A stretch of DNA of 64,000 bases from Rhabdochlamydiaceae bacterium (lineage in GTDB: Bacteria; Chlamydiota; Chlamydiia; Chlamydiales; Rhabdochlamydiaceae): assembly GCA_047459655.1 (NCBI GenBank), contig JAJREF010000002.1, positions 96,001-160,000 on the forward strand, given 5' to 3'. The position numbers and the translations under genes are program-made. This document shows, piece by piece, positions 35,156 through 47,093 of this stretch. A model generated the notes under the pieces. It saw nothing but the letters and a program-made list of their open reading frames with translations. It did not search any database and was not told where the DNA came from. The first letter of the stretch is position 1, and every line of letters starts with the position of its first letter.

Positions 35156-36475
35156 ATTTTTACTCCTTTTGGACTCATCAAATAACAGACACAACGCTTA
35201 AATTCTTCTCCTCTATGCGCATAGTCTCGGAACATATCGAAACTAGCACACCCAGGCGACAACAAGACGCATTCCCCTGACCTTGCATATTTCCCTGCCT
35301 GTTCAACAGCGGCTGCGAGAGAAGATACTACATGTACAACAATATCTGGTAGAAGTTCTTGCTTAATTTTTTCTGCCGCTTCTCCTATTGAAAAAACCAT
35401 ACGCACTTTACCAGAAAATTTTTCCTTCCAAATTTTATAAGAGGCGCCTTTATCAACACCTCCTGCAATTAAAATAACAGCCCCTGCCATCGAATCTACA
35501 GCTTTCATGGTCGCATCGATGTTTGTTCCCTTACTATCATCGAAATAAAAAACTCCTCCAATCTCCGCTACAAACTCTATACGATGTGCAGGCTTTTTGA
35601 ATGTTTCAAGAGCACTCAGAAACCCCTCTTTCTCTACACCAAGCTCTTTACAAACAGCCCATGCTGCTAAAACATTTTCGCTATCGTGCAATCCTTTCTG
35701 GTTATAAACCTGCGGCAATAAGAATTCAACTTTTTCAAGTTGTTTAACTACGTGTCTATCTGTCCATAAAAAAGCTCCTGACAAAGAACCAAATGTTCTG
35801 TGCTTGCTCTTAAACAAATATCCAAACTCCCTTAACACCTCAGCATTCACATAAAGAGCAGCATTTGGCTGCATACAATTTTGTATTAAGCTTTTGGCTG
35901 TAGCATACTCCTCCATCGAAGGGTAACGATCCAGATGATCAGGAGTAATGTTCAATAATACTGCTATGTCAAGCACTTTAGAGGTAAGAGTTTCTAGTTG
36001 ATACGAGCTTAGCTCTGCTACGATGATCTCTCCTGGATTAGGACTAAGACAGTATTCCGTAAAGGGGTCTCCGACATTCCCAAGCGCTATTGCACGTCTT
36101 CCACTTTCTTTTAAAATATGCTCAACAAGGAGTGTAACGGTTGTCTTTCCATTTGTCCCGGTTATCCCTACAATTTTATGTCCAGAAGATCGCTCTACTA
36201 ATTCTCTCAGTCCTAGTTCGGCTTCACCTATGATTTTTTTGCCTAGCTTTTTTGCATCCAAGTACCATTGATTTGTAGGGGAATCCCTGGCGATAAAACG
36301 ACTTCATCAAAATGCTCGATCTGGGGAGATTCAGAAACATGGAGCCCTTCTTTCTGCAATTTTCTAAAAGATCGCAACTACTATCACACCCGACAAGATC
36401 ATGCCCTTTCCTTTGGAGTAAACGGTAGGCAGATTGCCCACTCTTTCCCATTCCAATCACAAGAATTCTGCTCAC
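35152..36475 (-). CDS. murD: UDP-MurNAc-L-Ala--D-Glu ligase (frameshifted)
   Basis: GMGKSG, GTNGKTT, ELSSYQL, DSKGTN, LSPGCASFD. Confidence 0.95.
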
Positions 36476-36484
36476 CGTGACACC

Positions 36485-37683
36485 CTATTGTAACTTTAGA
36501 GAAAAAAACCCTATAACAGCTAATATCAATCCAAAAAGCCAAAACCGCAGGACAACTTTTGTCTCGGGCCAGCCCATATACTCAAAATGATGATGGAGGG
36601 GAGCGCAGAGAAAAATCCTTTTTTTGTTGCGCAACTTATAACTACCTACCTGTAAAATTACAGATAAAGCCTCTGCCACAAAAATCCCTCCGACCAGTGC
36701 AAGCAATCCTTCTTTACGCATTAAAATAGCAGCAGCCCCTAAAATACCGCCGAGAGCAAGAGACCCTGTATCCCCCATGAAAATCTGGGCCGGGTACCCA
36801 TTGTACCATAAAAATCCCAGGCACGCACCCATCATAGCAAAAAGGTAAATGGCGATCTCTCCGCTCCCGTCCACATAAAGAATGTTCAGATACTTAGATA
36901 TTTCAACGTTATTGGATAGAAAAGCCACCACCCCCAAAATACATGATACAAAGACAACACACCCGGCTGCTAGACCATCTAATCCATCTGTGAGATTGAC
37001 CGCATTTGATGTTCCCACAAAGACAAAAATTGTGATGAAAAAAGCAAGCACAATCAAAGTGCCATTTAAAATAAACACAGGGTCTTTAAAGAAAGGAACG
37101 TAATACTGCGTCATGTATTCTTCTGTCTTTAAGGTTACAGGCTTCGTATCTTGAATCTGCTCTTTAGCAACCGGCGGTTTAAACCAAGCTCCTACGTGGA
37201 TTTTTTCTGCAGCGTGCGGAACCAACGTATAGACCCCAATAAAAGCTGCCAAAAGCATCTGTAAAAAGAATTTCTTTTTGGCCTTGAGCCCACGAGAGTT
37301 TTTGTATTTAAGCTTCAGGTAATCATCATACCCTCCGATCAACCCCAACCACACCGTCGTGACAAATAGAATCAACGTAAAGCTACTCCTTAAATCCATC
37401 CATAAAACAAGGGAGAGCAACATCGCCGATAATATTAAAATACCACCCATTGTGGGAGTGTTTTTTTCTTTTCATGAAGCTCAGCAAGCATCGGGCAATC
37501 TTCTACCCGGATCGATTGCCCTGTCTTCATCTCATAAAGTTTTTTGATGTAACGAGGCCCCAGAAATATCGTGAATAAAAGGGCTGTAAGAGCAGAAAAC
37601 AAAAGACGTGTAGAGATATTACCGAAAACTACGGGAACTTTGTAGCCCAGCAAAGAAAGTTGCTCTATTAAAAACAGCAGCAT
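36485..37683 (-). CDS. mraY: Phospho-MurNAc-pentapeptide transferase (frameshift at the A-run near 37465)
   Basis: TPTMGG, DDYLK, NAVNLTDGLDGL, FMGDTGS, APLHHHFE. Confidence 0.95.
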
Positions 37684-37736
37684 GTAGACACCCGAACCTA
37701 TTATAAGTAGATTTTTTTTCAGAAGAGGTCTAGCAA

Positions 37737-37900
37737 GGGGTTGTAAAACAATAAAATGAACGATTTGACCAGCGCAAAATCGTCTAAAATCGACGATCGG
37801 AAATGGTTTAGTATTCATAGGGATACAACCCCATTTCCGATCATCGATTTTCGATTGATTTGGCGCGGTGAAATCATTCATTTTATTGTTTTACAACCCC
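37737..37900. mobile_element. Palindromic MITE-like element A2 (164 nt, inverted relative to A1)
   Basis: Same termini as A1; flanks CAA / TAA. Confidence 0.9.
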
Positions 37901-37996
37901 TAAGCGAACAAACCAGATTTTCTTTTCATCTTATAGAAAATGCACAAAAAAATGCTAGTGTCTAATTAGAAAGATTTGCAAGTAGATACGTAATAT

Positions 37997-38159
37997 GAGA
38001 CCGTTGCATAAGTGATCATGTTTGTAAAAATGCACATTTTGCGATCTTTCGATTTTCGCTCGCCCCTATGGGGCGTCCCCCATATGCGAGCTCGTTCAAT
38101 TCAAAGTTTCATCAAAATGTGCTACTTTTTCAAAACACGCTGACTTATGCAACAGTCTC
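37997..38159. mobile_element. Palindromic MITE-like element D (163 nt) with AATAT direct repeats
   Basis: GAGACCGTTGCATAAGT...ACTTATGCAACAGTCTC; internal GCACATTTTG/CAAAATGTGC stems; AATAT at 37992-37996 and 38160-38164. Confidence 0.85.
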
Positions 38160-38188
38160 AATATGGTTAAGAAAAAGAAAAAATATGA

Positions 38189-38226
38189 ACGCGGGGCGCC
38201 TGTGCCCGATGTCTATATTTTTCCTT
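38189..38226 (+). repeat. Hairpin fragment homologous to the end of structured element F
   Basis: ACGCGGGGCGCCTGTGCCCGATGTCTATATTTTTCCT versus reverse complement of 40585-40623 ACGCAGGGCGCCTTGGTGCCCGACGTCTATATCTTTCCT. Confidence 0.75.
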
Positions 38227-38265
38227 TTCTTTTCCTCACTCATATTACGCACGTAACATGAGTTG

Positions 38266-39581
38266 CTAATTTAAAAGCTGCCAAAGATTGGTGTAGTTCG
38301 CGCCTTTGATCAATACAACATCACCCGGTCTTAAGGTATCAAAAGCAACTTTCTTCAGCTGCTCAATGTCTGAAAAAAACTCAACCGTTTTTCCTGCTTG
38401 TTTAAAAACATCTACCATGGGCAAACACTGTTTCCCTAATAAAAAGGCATGATCCACCTTTAAAACGGCACATGCTGCGACTTCTTTGTGGTTCTTTTCA
38501 GAATAAACCCCTTGCCCTGAAAGCTCTCCTAATATAGCAATCGTTTTTCCACCGAGTGCGGGAATAGGCAGGCTTTTGATTGCGGCTTTTGCAGCTTCTG
38601 GGCTTGCATTGTAAGAATCATTGATAAAAATAACACCATTCCTTTCTACTCTTTCAAAGCGCAGCTCTACTCCTTTTAAGAATCTCCCTTTTTTAAAAAT
38701 CTCTTCCCACTCTAATCCCATTTCTCTTGCAACAGTTGCTGCTGCTAAAAAGTTTTCAGCAAAATGATCCTCTTCGAAAGGAAGTTCGAACTGCCGCGTC
38801 TCTTGCCCCCTCTCTTGAATAAACCACCCTCTTTTAAGAAAAAAATCTGCTGGCCTATCAAAGCCAAATGTAATCTTCTTTTCTAAAGACAACTCCCCTA
38901 GCCTCTTAAACAGGAGTGCCTCTGCATTGATGATCCCAACTTTTGTTTTCGGGTGGGAAAAGATCATAGACTTTTCTCTAACAATCCCTTCTTGTCCATC
39001 ACTGAAATAGCCGATGTGGGCTTGTCCAATTTTTGTTAAAAGAGCAAGATCAGGAGGAACAATCTGTACAAGCTTTTCCATTTCACCCACTTCGCTCATT
39101 CCCATTTCTATGACAAGTACATCGTACTCTTCTTTGTTATTTAAAATGAAAAGAGGCAAACCCACCTGCGAGTTGGCATTCCCAGGAGTTTTTGCTACTT
39201 TAAATCTTATCTCTAACAGAGAAGATAAAAATTCTTTTGTCGTTGTTTTTCCAACCGAGCCTGTGATAGCAATCACATATCCTTTTCGCTCAGCATGGAC
39301 TGCTTTAGCAAGCTTTTGCAACGCCTCTACCACGTTTGGCACGCGGATCAGTTTCAATCCAAAGGCGCCCCCTCTATAGTCCTGATCTACAACGGCTGCT
39401 ACCCCCCTTTGAGCGCCACCTCGTGTAAAAATTTATGCGCATCAAATTTTTGTCCTTTTAGGGCAAAAAAAACATTCCCCTTCTTTACCTGCTTGCTGTC
39501 GATGACAAACCCATCAATCTCTGCTTCTTCTGTTTTGATATCTAAAATCTTTCCTAGCTTGCTCAAGGTAGTTAGTTGCAT
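38266..39581 (-). CDS. murF: UDP-MurNAc-tripeptide--D-Ala-D-Ala ligase (frameshift near 39400)
   Basis: IDSK..FFALKG..DAH, ITGSVGKTTTKE, EMGMS, INDSYNASP. Confidence 0.93.
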
Positions 39582-39616
39582 AGTTTCTCCTTAAAAACAC
39601 AAGTGTATAAAATCGG

Positions 39617-39645
39617 TTGCTTTCTAGAGAAGTTTTTTGCATAAT
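39617..39645 (+). promoter_or_regulatory. Putative sigma66/70 promoter for tRNA-Cys and rsmI
   Basis: TTGCTT-17nt-CATAAT shortly upstream of the tRNA. Confidence 0.55.
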
Positions 39646-39661
39646 CCTCCTCATCTCTTAT

Positions 39662-39732
39662 GGTGGCATAGCCAAGCGGTAAGGCAGAAGCCTGCAAAGC
39701 TTCCATCCTCGGTTCGATTCCGAGTGCCACCT
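39662..39732 (+). tRNA. tRNA-Cys (GCA), CCA not encoded
   Basis: GGTGGCA/TGCCACC acceptor stem, GAAGC-CTGCAAA-GCTTC anticodon arm, GGTTCGATTCC T arm, U discriminator. Confidence 0.97.
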
Positions 39733-39746
39733 ATATAAGATTATAT

Positions 39747-40562
39747 ATGCTTTACCTTGTCGCAACACCCATTGGCAACCTTCAAGATTTTTCTTTTCGC
39801 GCGCTCGACATTTTAAAAAATTGCGACTACATCCTGTGTGAAGATACACGCCATAGCTCCATTCTACTCCAAGAATACGGGATAAAAAAAAACCTTAAAA
39901 GCTTCCACATGTTCAATGAAAAAAGTGAAGAAGAACGGGTCATTGCCGATTTAAAAGAGGGCAAGACCATTGGGCTGATTTCGGATGCAGGAACCCCCGG
40001 TATCTGCGATCCAGGAGAAGCGCTTGTCTCAAGGTGCAAAAAAGAAGGACTAGAGGTTAGAAGCATTCCAGGACCTTGTGCCTGGGTACTTGCTCTTTCC
40101 CTTTCCTCTATGAATAAAGAGAAAGTACAATTTCTAGGGTTTATTTCTAAAAAAGAAAAAGCGTTAAAAAAAACACTTGCTGAAATTTTCACATACTCAG
40201 GAACATCGATTTTCTACGACACTCCTCATCAAATCCTAGATACCCTGACAGCAATTACTCAGCTTGATCCCCAAAGACTTATGTGCATCATGCGCGAGCT
40301 GACAAAAAAATTTGAAGAACATTTAGAGGGCACAGCACAAAGCCTGCTCACTCACTTCCAAAAAGAGAAGCCGCGGGGAGAAATGGTTGTGCTAGTTGCC
40401 GGTAAGCAAGAGTCGTATATAGATATCTCCCCCCAAGAACATGTCCAGCTCCTTCAAAAAACTTATAACCTTTCTCTCTCAGAAGCCATCAAGGTCTCAG
40501 CAGAACTCAAAGGGGTTCCCAAGCGCACCATCTACAACGAATTCCACAACAACAACGATTGA
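39747..40562 (+). CDS. rsmI: 16S rRNA C1402 2'-O-methyltransferase
   Basis: LYLVATPIGNL, CEDTRHS, SDAGTPGICDPG, RELTKKFEE. Confidence 0.95.
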   Translation: MLYLVATPIGNLQDFSFRALDILKNCDYILCEDTRHSSILLQEYGIKKNLKSFHMFNEKSEEERVIADLKEGKTIGLISDAGTPGICDPGEALVSRCKKEGLEVRSIPGPCAWVLALSLSSMNKEKVQFLGFISKKEKALKKTLAEIFTYSGTSIFYDTPHQILDTLTAITQLDPQRLMCIMRELTKKFEEHLEGTAQSLLTHFQKEKPRGEMVVLVAGKQESYIDISPQEHVQLLQKTYNLSLSEAIKVSAELKGVPKRTIYNEFHNNND

Positions 40563-40584
40563 ATATCTTCTGCGAAAAATTAAT

Positions 40585-40815
40585 AGGAAAGATATAGACG
40601 TCGGGCACCAAGGCGCCCTGCGTCCCTTGCGCCTAACTACAGCTGTGCCAAAATTTTCCTCTGCTCGAGAGAGCGTACAAAGTACTGCCCTCTCTTGTTC
40701 GAAAATTTTTTGCTTTGCTGTAGCAGCTATCGGCTGCTTGCGCGTTCCTCCCCGCAAGAGAGTTGCGGGACCTATCCCACGTCGCTGCGCAGATTAACTT
40801 AATCTAACCCCAACT
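40585..40815 (-). other. GC-rich multi-hairpin element F (structured ncRNA candidate or mobile-element remnant)
   Basis: At least four stem-loops in tandem; partial second copy at 38189. Confidence 0.55.
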
Positions 40816-41030
40816 CGTTTTTAAAGTGGCTCCATATTGAACAGCTAGATTGCACTTTTTATATAGGAACAGAAGGTTTGTAAGGACTAAGGAAGTAGCC
40901 CACAAGTCCTCTAGCAAATTCATAATAAAGTTATTAAGCGCAACTCAAAAACAAGTTGTCAAATCGGCAACAATCAAGTAAGGTTAGTGATTCTTTGATG
41001 GTTTAGTTTGACAAATCGAGAGGTAAAAAT

Positions 41031-41333
41031 ATGAATGTTCCATTGAGATTTATAAAGTGGAAAAAGAATTGGATACTTCCTATCATATTAACCAGCGCCC
41101 TTAATTTTGCCTTTGTAGACCATCTTGTTGATTTTCATGTACACTCTCCGCAAGAAGAAGAGAACAGCAAAGAGCAGAACGAGAGCATGAAAAAGCAGAA
41201 AAAAACAAAGAGAAACAAAAAAAATCTAAAAGAGAAAGAGAGTCATCCAAAAAAAAGTAAGTGAGAAAACAAAGAAAAAAGAACGGAAAGCCGAAAAAAA
41301 AGCGGATCAAAAGAGATATGAAAAACAGCTTAA
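41031..41333 (+). CDS. Small K/E/R-rich hypothetical protein, probably frameshifted
   Basis: RBS GAGGT, hydrophobic N-terminal stretch, charged low-complexity tail. Confidence 0.4.
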
Positions 41334-41407
41334 ATCAGGAAAATGTGTTTAATGACACTATAATTGGTGTTACTATTAGGCAATCCTTTTTATCGAGGAG
41401 ATCTATA

Positions 41408-41666
41408 TGAAACAGTCAGTAAAAGGTGAGCTCATGGTGCTTTTCATATGTATCGTTGTTGTTCCTGTAGTGCTTCTATTTGGGGGGAATGGGTTGAACT
41501 TTTCTATATGAAACATATGTCTCAGCGCAAATATTCTTATCTCGATCAAGGAATAACTGAAAGAGGAAAACATTGCTTTACCGTAACAGATGCAACAGAT
41601 TCGAAATTTATCAAAAGTATTTCACTAACAGAATTGCAAGAAAAGTTTTTAGACCCTAAAGAATAG
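41408..41666 (+). CDS. Hypothetical protein (probable 5' frameshift)
   Basis: RBS GAGGAG before ATG near 41408, plus ORF 41448-41666. Confidence 0.35.
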
Positions 41667-41827
41667 GACCCAAGTAAGTATTTGCTTTATTGGCCAGCCT
41701 TCTTTTCCATAGATACCCTATCACGAAAAATCTTTAATATGCAGGGCGTTTAAACATCATCACGAAGATTGCTAATATCTTTCAGTTCATATATCATTTT
41801 GTTTTTGTATGAGCAAAGGAGTGAATT

Positions 41828-43422
41828 ATGTCCGCTGAAGCCAAGGAACTTATCTTTCAAGAAGAAGCAATAGAGAAATTACGGGAAGGTATTGAAAAGC
41901 TGTCAGATGTCGTAAGCGTAACTTTGGGCCCTAAAGGAAGAAGCGTAGGAATAGAGGCATCTTACGGCTCTCCTAATCTTACTAATGACGGACATACTGT
42001 GGTGCAGGGGATCGAGTTCAAAGACCAATACGTCAATATGGGCGCTTCGATGGCTAAAGAAGTAGCTACCAAGATGAAAGAAATCTGTGGAGATGGAACC
42101 ACAACCAGCATTTTACTTCTTAGATCCCTTGTGCAAAACGGAATTAAAAATATCACATCCGGTGCCAGTCCTATTCTTTTAAAAAGAGGGATGGACAAAG
42201 CTGTTGCAGCTGTGATTGCAGAAATAGAAAAAATCTCTATCCCTATTCAAACAGATAAAGACATTCAAAACATTGCATTAATTTCTGGATCTGGTGACGA
42301 AGAAGTGGGCGCCTTTATTGCAGAGGCTATCAAAAAAACAGGGAAAGAAGGGTCATTACCATAGAGGAAGGAAAGAGTACAGACACAGTGATTGAAATCG
42401 TGGAAGGAATGCAGTTTGAAAGAGGCTATACAAGTTCTTACTTCTGCACAAATACAGAAAATCTGTCGGTAGAGCTCACCAATGCAAAAATTTTAATCAC
42501 CGACAAAAAAATCTCCTCTATTCAAGAAATTTTACCCATTCTCCAGTCAATTGCGGCAACAGCCACCGAGCTTTTAATCATTGCCGATGACATTGAAGGA
42601 GATGCTCTATCTACGCTTGTCGTCAATAAGCTAAGAGGAACACTAAAAGTCTGTGCTGTGAAAGCCCCTGGCTTTGGAGACCGTAGAAAAGCTTTGTTAG
42701 AAGACATTGCTATCTTAACAAATGGGACTCTAGTCTCTGAAGATAGAGGGATGACCCTACAAACAACTTCTATAGAATCTTTAGGTGAAGCAGAAAAGAT
42801 TATAATCACTAAAGATAAAACAGTGCTTGTAGGCGGCAAAGGCCCAGCAAGCGCCATTCAAGCCAGAATTGGCCAAATAGATGCTGAGATAAACCTAGCA
42901 ACAAGTTCTTATGATAAAGAAAAGTTAGAAGAGAGAAAAGCCAAGCTAGCAGGTGGTGTTGCCGTAATCCGCATTGGTGCTGCCACAGAAACAGAGATGA
43001 AAAAGAAAAAACAAGCGTTTACAGATAGTTTAAACTCCACAAGAGCTGCTCTTGCGGAAGGAATTGTACCTGGCGGCGGCCTTGCGCTCCTGCAAGCCAG
43101 CCTTGCGATCTCTCTTTCTTCTCTAAAAAATGAAGAGAAGACGGGTGCTCAGATTGTGCTCAAAGCCTGTGAAACTCCTTTCCGCCAAATTGTCTCTAAC
43201 GCAGGATTTGATAGTTCTGTTATTTTAGAACAGCTCACGGCTCTTGGTGTCAACTTTGGATTCAATGCGCAGAATGAAAAAGTAGAAAATCTTGTCCTGG
43301 CAGGTGTCGTTGATCCAACCAAAGTGGTTAAAAATGCTCTTAAATTAGCGGCTTCTGTTGCAGGAGTTGTCTTGATATCTGAAGTGTTAATTGGAAATGC
43401 GCCTGAAAACAATGTCTCTTAA
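41828..43422 (+). CDS. groEL: Chaperonin GroEL paralogue (frameshift near 42350)
   Basis: VTLGPKGR, GDGTTT, EGMQFERGY, KAPGFGDRRK, GIVPGGG, VVDPTKV. No GGM tail and no adjacent groES. Confidence 0.93.
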
Positions 43423-44258
43423 GCAAAAAGCAGTTGTCATACCCTCTTCTGGTATTGGAGATGCTCTGATGATGATGATTGCCTCAGAGCATCTTCGAAA
43501 AGCTGGCATTGCTGTAACGACCATCTACCCCAAACTCCTTGAGCTCCAAGAGTGGTTTCCAGAGCATGTATTTGTGGAAGCTAAGGATTTTTCTCGTGAT
43601 GAGTGGGTGATTGTCCAAAATAATAATCTGCCTCATATCAATGTTTTAAAAAACACCTGCCGTAACCATCTCTCTATTTTGTACCCCACGTACTCCTACA
43701 ATAAACACGGGGCTATCACCCCTTTAAGATAGAGTTTTTAATGCAACGCAATCAATGGCAGACAATATTGCCATCGCGATTCACTCCCTAACAGGCCAGT
43801 GTAGTGTCTCGAAAGAAAACGGCATGACCCCTCCCTCCCACCTCTCTCACCGCCGACATCCTAACCGTGTGCTTATCCACCATACAAGCAGCGCCCAGAA
43901 AAAAATTGGTTAAAACATAAATACGATGCTGTCTTTAGAGGTCTTGAGAAGAGGATTTGAGCCGGTTTTTGTGCCAGAATTTGCTACATTGAGCAAGCTT
44001 GCCGCTTTTGTTTATGAGTCAGGTTTTGTGATTCGGTAACGATTCTCTTGTAGGGCATTTAGCTTCTAATCTAAGGATTCCTACGCTGATTATTGCAGAT
44101 CAATTTGATCGCATGCGCCTCTGGCGCCCCGGATGGTATCCAGGCGCTGTTGTCACTGTAGACAAATGGCTTTCACATTGGAAGTTCTTTAGAAAAAATG
44201 GCAACATTTTATTTCCCCTTCTCACGTGTTAAATATTTTTGATGGATTACGGAGGTAA
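43412..44258 (+). CDS. GT9 (heptosyltransferase-like) protein with multiple frameshifts
   Basis: GIGDALM N-terminus; downstream pieces VLIHHTS, KNW, GNDS..GHLAS.L.IPT. Confidence 0.65.
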
Positions 44259-44319
44259 TTGCAAAACTCAGGTTCAAAAGAACCCAAAATTCGAGTGAAC
44301 CTGAGTTTTGCAACTACCT
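44253..44319. repeat. Palindromic element E (67 nt)
   Basis: AGGTAATTGCAAAACTCAGGTTCA...TGAACCTGAGTTTTGCAACTACCT, 24-bp arms with one mismatch. Confidence 0.8.
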
Positions 44320-44335
44320 ACAAGGAGATTTTTTT

Positions 44336-44896
44336 ATGAAAAGAGTAACAAAATGGTTATGTGGGCTCCCTCTCATGTGTTCTTTTGGCCTTCAGGCTGG
44401 AGAAGCATCTTTTACAATGCCAGCAGATCCTGTGATGGTGATAGAAACAAATCAAGGAAATATCGAAGTGCGACTATTTCCAAAAGTAGCTCCCAAAGCA
44501 GTGGAAAACTTTATCCGCTTAGCAGAAAAGGGCTATTATAATAACACCACCTTCCACCGCATTATTCCTAATTTCATGCTCCAAGGAGGAGATCCTCTAG
44601 GCAATGGAACGGGTGGACAATCAATCTGGAACACAAAGTTTGAAGATGAGTACAGCTCATCTCTATCGTTAACAAACCTGGATATTTAGCCATGGCCAAT
44701 GCAGGCCCTAATACCAATGGAAGTCAGTTTTTTATTACGACTGCAGATACCCCTTGGCTTAATCGTAAACATACGATTTTTGGTGAGGTGATCGCAGGTC
44801 AAAAGGTAGTCCAAGCTATCGAAAAAGCTGGGTCTCCGAGTGGTAGACCAGTATCTACTACAGACAATTTTAAAAATCTCCTTGAAAACACCTTAA
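44336..44896 (+). CDS. Cyclophilin-type peptidyl-prolyl isomerase with signal peptide (frameshifted)
   Basis: [44 protein letters not shown]. Confidence 0.93.
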
Positions 44897-47092
44897 GGCT
44901 TGTAATAAAGAAGAGGTGGTGGAAGATTCACAATTGTCGTATCAATATAGTCTCCCCGTTTTTCCGAGGAAAGATGGGGAGCTAACGACGAAAGTAGATC
45001 TTCGAGGAGTTTTTCAAAAAAATCTCCCAGTAAGCTGAAAAGACTGCCACTCGTTGAAAATCATAGCAGGCGGATGATTCCCCGCAATAGGGTGCAAGAT
45101 GTTATCGATAGATGCTCCTTGTAAATGGGACCAATTGGGGAGATGCGCACATAAATCTTTTGATCTGAGTAAACAGCAAGCTCATTTTGTATAGATCCCT
45201 GCCTTGAATTAAGATAAACATTCCCCTTCGATGTGATTTTATGAGATGAAAGTCCACCAACGGTGTCCCTTTGCGCATCCATATTGACAGAGGTCCCAGA
45301 GATATTTCCATGCATTGTTATGTGTTTAGCCTCTATGTTTATCAGGAGAGAGAGGTGCAGAAATCTCTCCTGATGACAATACACCTGCAGAAAGTGAGAT
45401 GTTTGCTTTCTTAGGAGCCTCTATCGCAAAAAATTTAAATTCCCCTTTCCCTGTATTGGCTTGAAAAGTTTCACCTTTGAAAACAACCGATCCCCTTTCA
45501 AAAGCTATATCCTTTCCATGAGAAATAAACTGGGTAGAAGCATCGACAATAAAATGGTCAGCTTCCCAGGTCTGCTTTCCTGTATTGTATCGATTCCCCT
45601 TCAGATCAATATTATTTTTGGCACGCACACTTATCTCTTCAACACCGCTAGCCTCTCCCCCCACACTTCCTATTTGAACATCCTTAGCTGTAGTTTGAAG
45701 CTTATTTAAAGGTGTTATCTCTCCAATAGATCCATGAAATGCTACGGTCCCATCTCCCGCGCTAATAGCTAATGCAGAATAAGCACCTTGTCCATCCAAA
45801 GGACCGTTGAATCTTACATCTCCCTTGCTCGCCCCGGTGCTCAATACAATTGGTGTATTTCCTGCTAATACAACAGGCCCATCAAACGTAATATTGCTTT
45901 GCGCAGCTGTAATGTTACCCGCTAGATACGTCTCACCTGTACAAGTAACGGGTGATTTAGTTCGAATAGGTTGATTCACTTCTATCCGTTTGCCCATCAC
46001 CTCTAAAGGAGAGGGGACCGCTCCGTTAAGCTTTACCTAGTGAAATGGTCCCTACAGGAGCAATCAATGACAATTTCTTGTTCATTGTTAAAGTATCTTG
46101 AAAATCTATACCCTTTTTGCCAGCAGCTGATATCACAATGTTAGAGGTATCGACTGACATATCTCCTTTAAAAGAAATGCTATCTCCTGCATGAATATCG
46201 GTCCGCACATATGTTTTTCTGCGCTGCAACATTCAAGTTGTGAGAATGTATTTTCCAGCAATCGCTACGGTAGGAGCATCAAGAAAGGTGTTTCTTGCTA
46301 ATATTTCACTGTAACCTGCAATCCGTACGACCCCATTTTCATTAATGATCCCATGCCCCTCTATGAGACCATCTTTGTTGACAACACTTTCAATCACTTT
46401 TTTAGCAGCAGAAAGACGTAGATAGACATCCCCTTGTTCACAGGCAACCTTTCCTAGCTGTTGAATAATACCCTGTTCTAACTCCCCTTCAACAGCAAAG
46501 CTAACAAGATGATCACCGGTCAGATCGAGTGTTACGATAGGAGCTCCAACTAAGGCAACTCTTCCTGCCGTTGCATGGATGATTCCCTCGTTGATGATAT
46601 GAGGGGCCATGAGCACAATTTCACCTTCTAGACTGGCCGTCAAAGTCCCATGATTGATAATTTTACTGCCTTTTCCTTCAGGAGATAATTGAAAACGGAA
46701 ATTCCCCTTTTGGAAATTTTCATTGGAAATATCCAAGGTCGACGCAATCAAAGCGCCTGTACTAATGACACTATTCGGCCCAAAAACGATTCCATTGGGG
46801 TTGATTAAAAATACTTTTCCAATCGATTCAAGTTTGCCTAAAATTTTAGAAGGATCATTGCCCCGCACGCGCGTTAACATTCTAGATTTAGCACTCGGCT
46901 GAACGATTTTGACCGTATAATTCTCGGAAATGTTAAAACTTTTACAATTGATAATTGTTGCATCGTTCGTGGTGATCTCAAGGTGTGTGGGGGTGACTTG
47001 CTGAAACTGCGCCGATCCATGCACCACCTGAGGCTCTTCCATATGAGCAAATAGCGCAAGCGGAAGTGTGAAAAAAGAAAAGGTGTTCTCAT
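44893..47092 (-). CDS. TpsA / filamentous-haemagglutinin-family exoprotein (several frameshifts)
   Basis: Signal peptide, TPS domain ([34 protein letters not shown]), beta-helix-like repeats. Confidence 0.85.
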
Positions 47093-47093
47093 C

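Noticed and set aside
39662..39732. tRNA-Cys as an integration site
   Set aside because: No duplicated tRNA 3' end or integrase was seen, and rsmI follows directly.
40585..40910. RNase P, tmRNA or SRP RNA downstream of rsmI
   Set aside because: The GAGGAAAGUCC, tRNA-like tmRNA termini and SRP domain IV motifs are absent; kept only as an unknown structured element.
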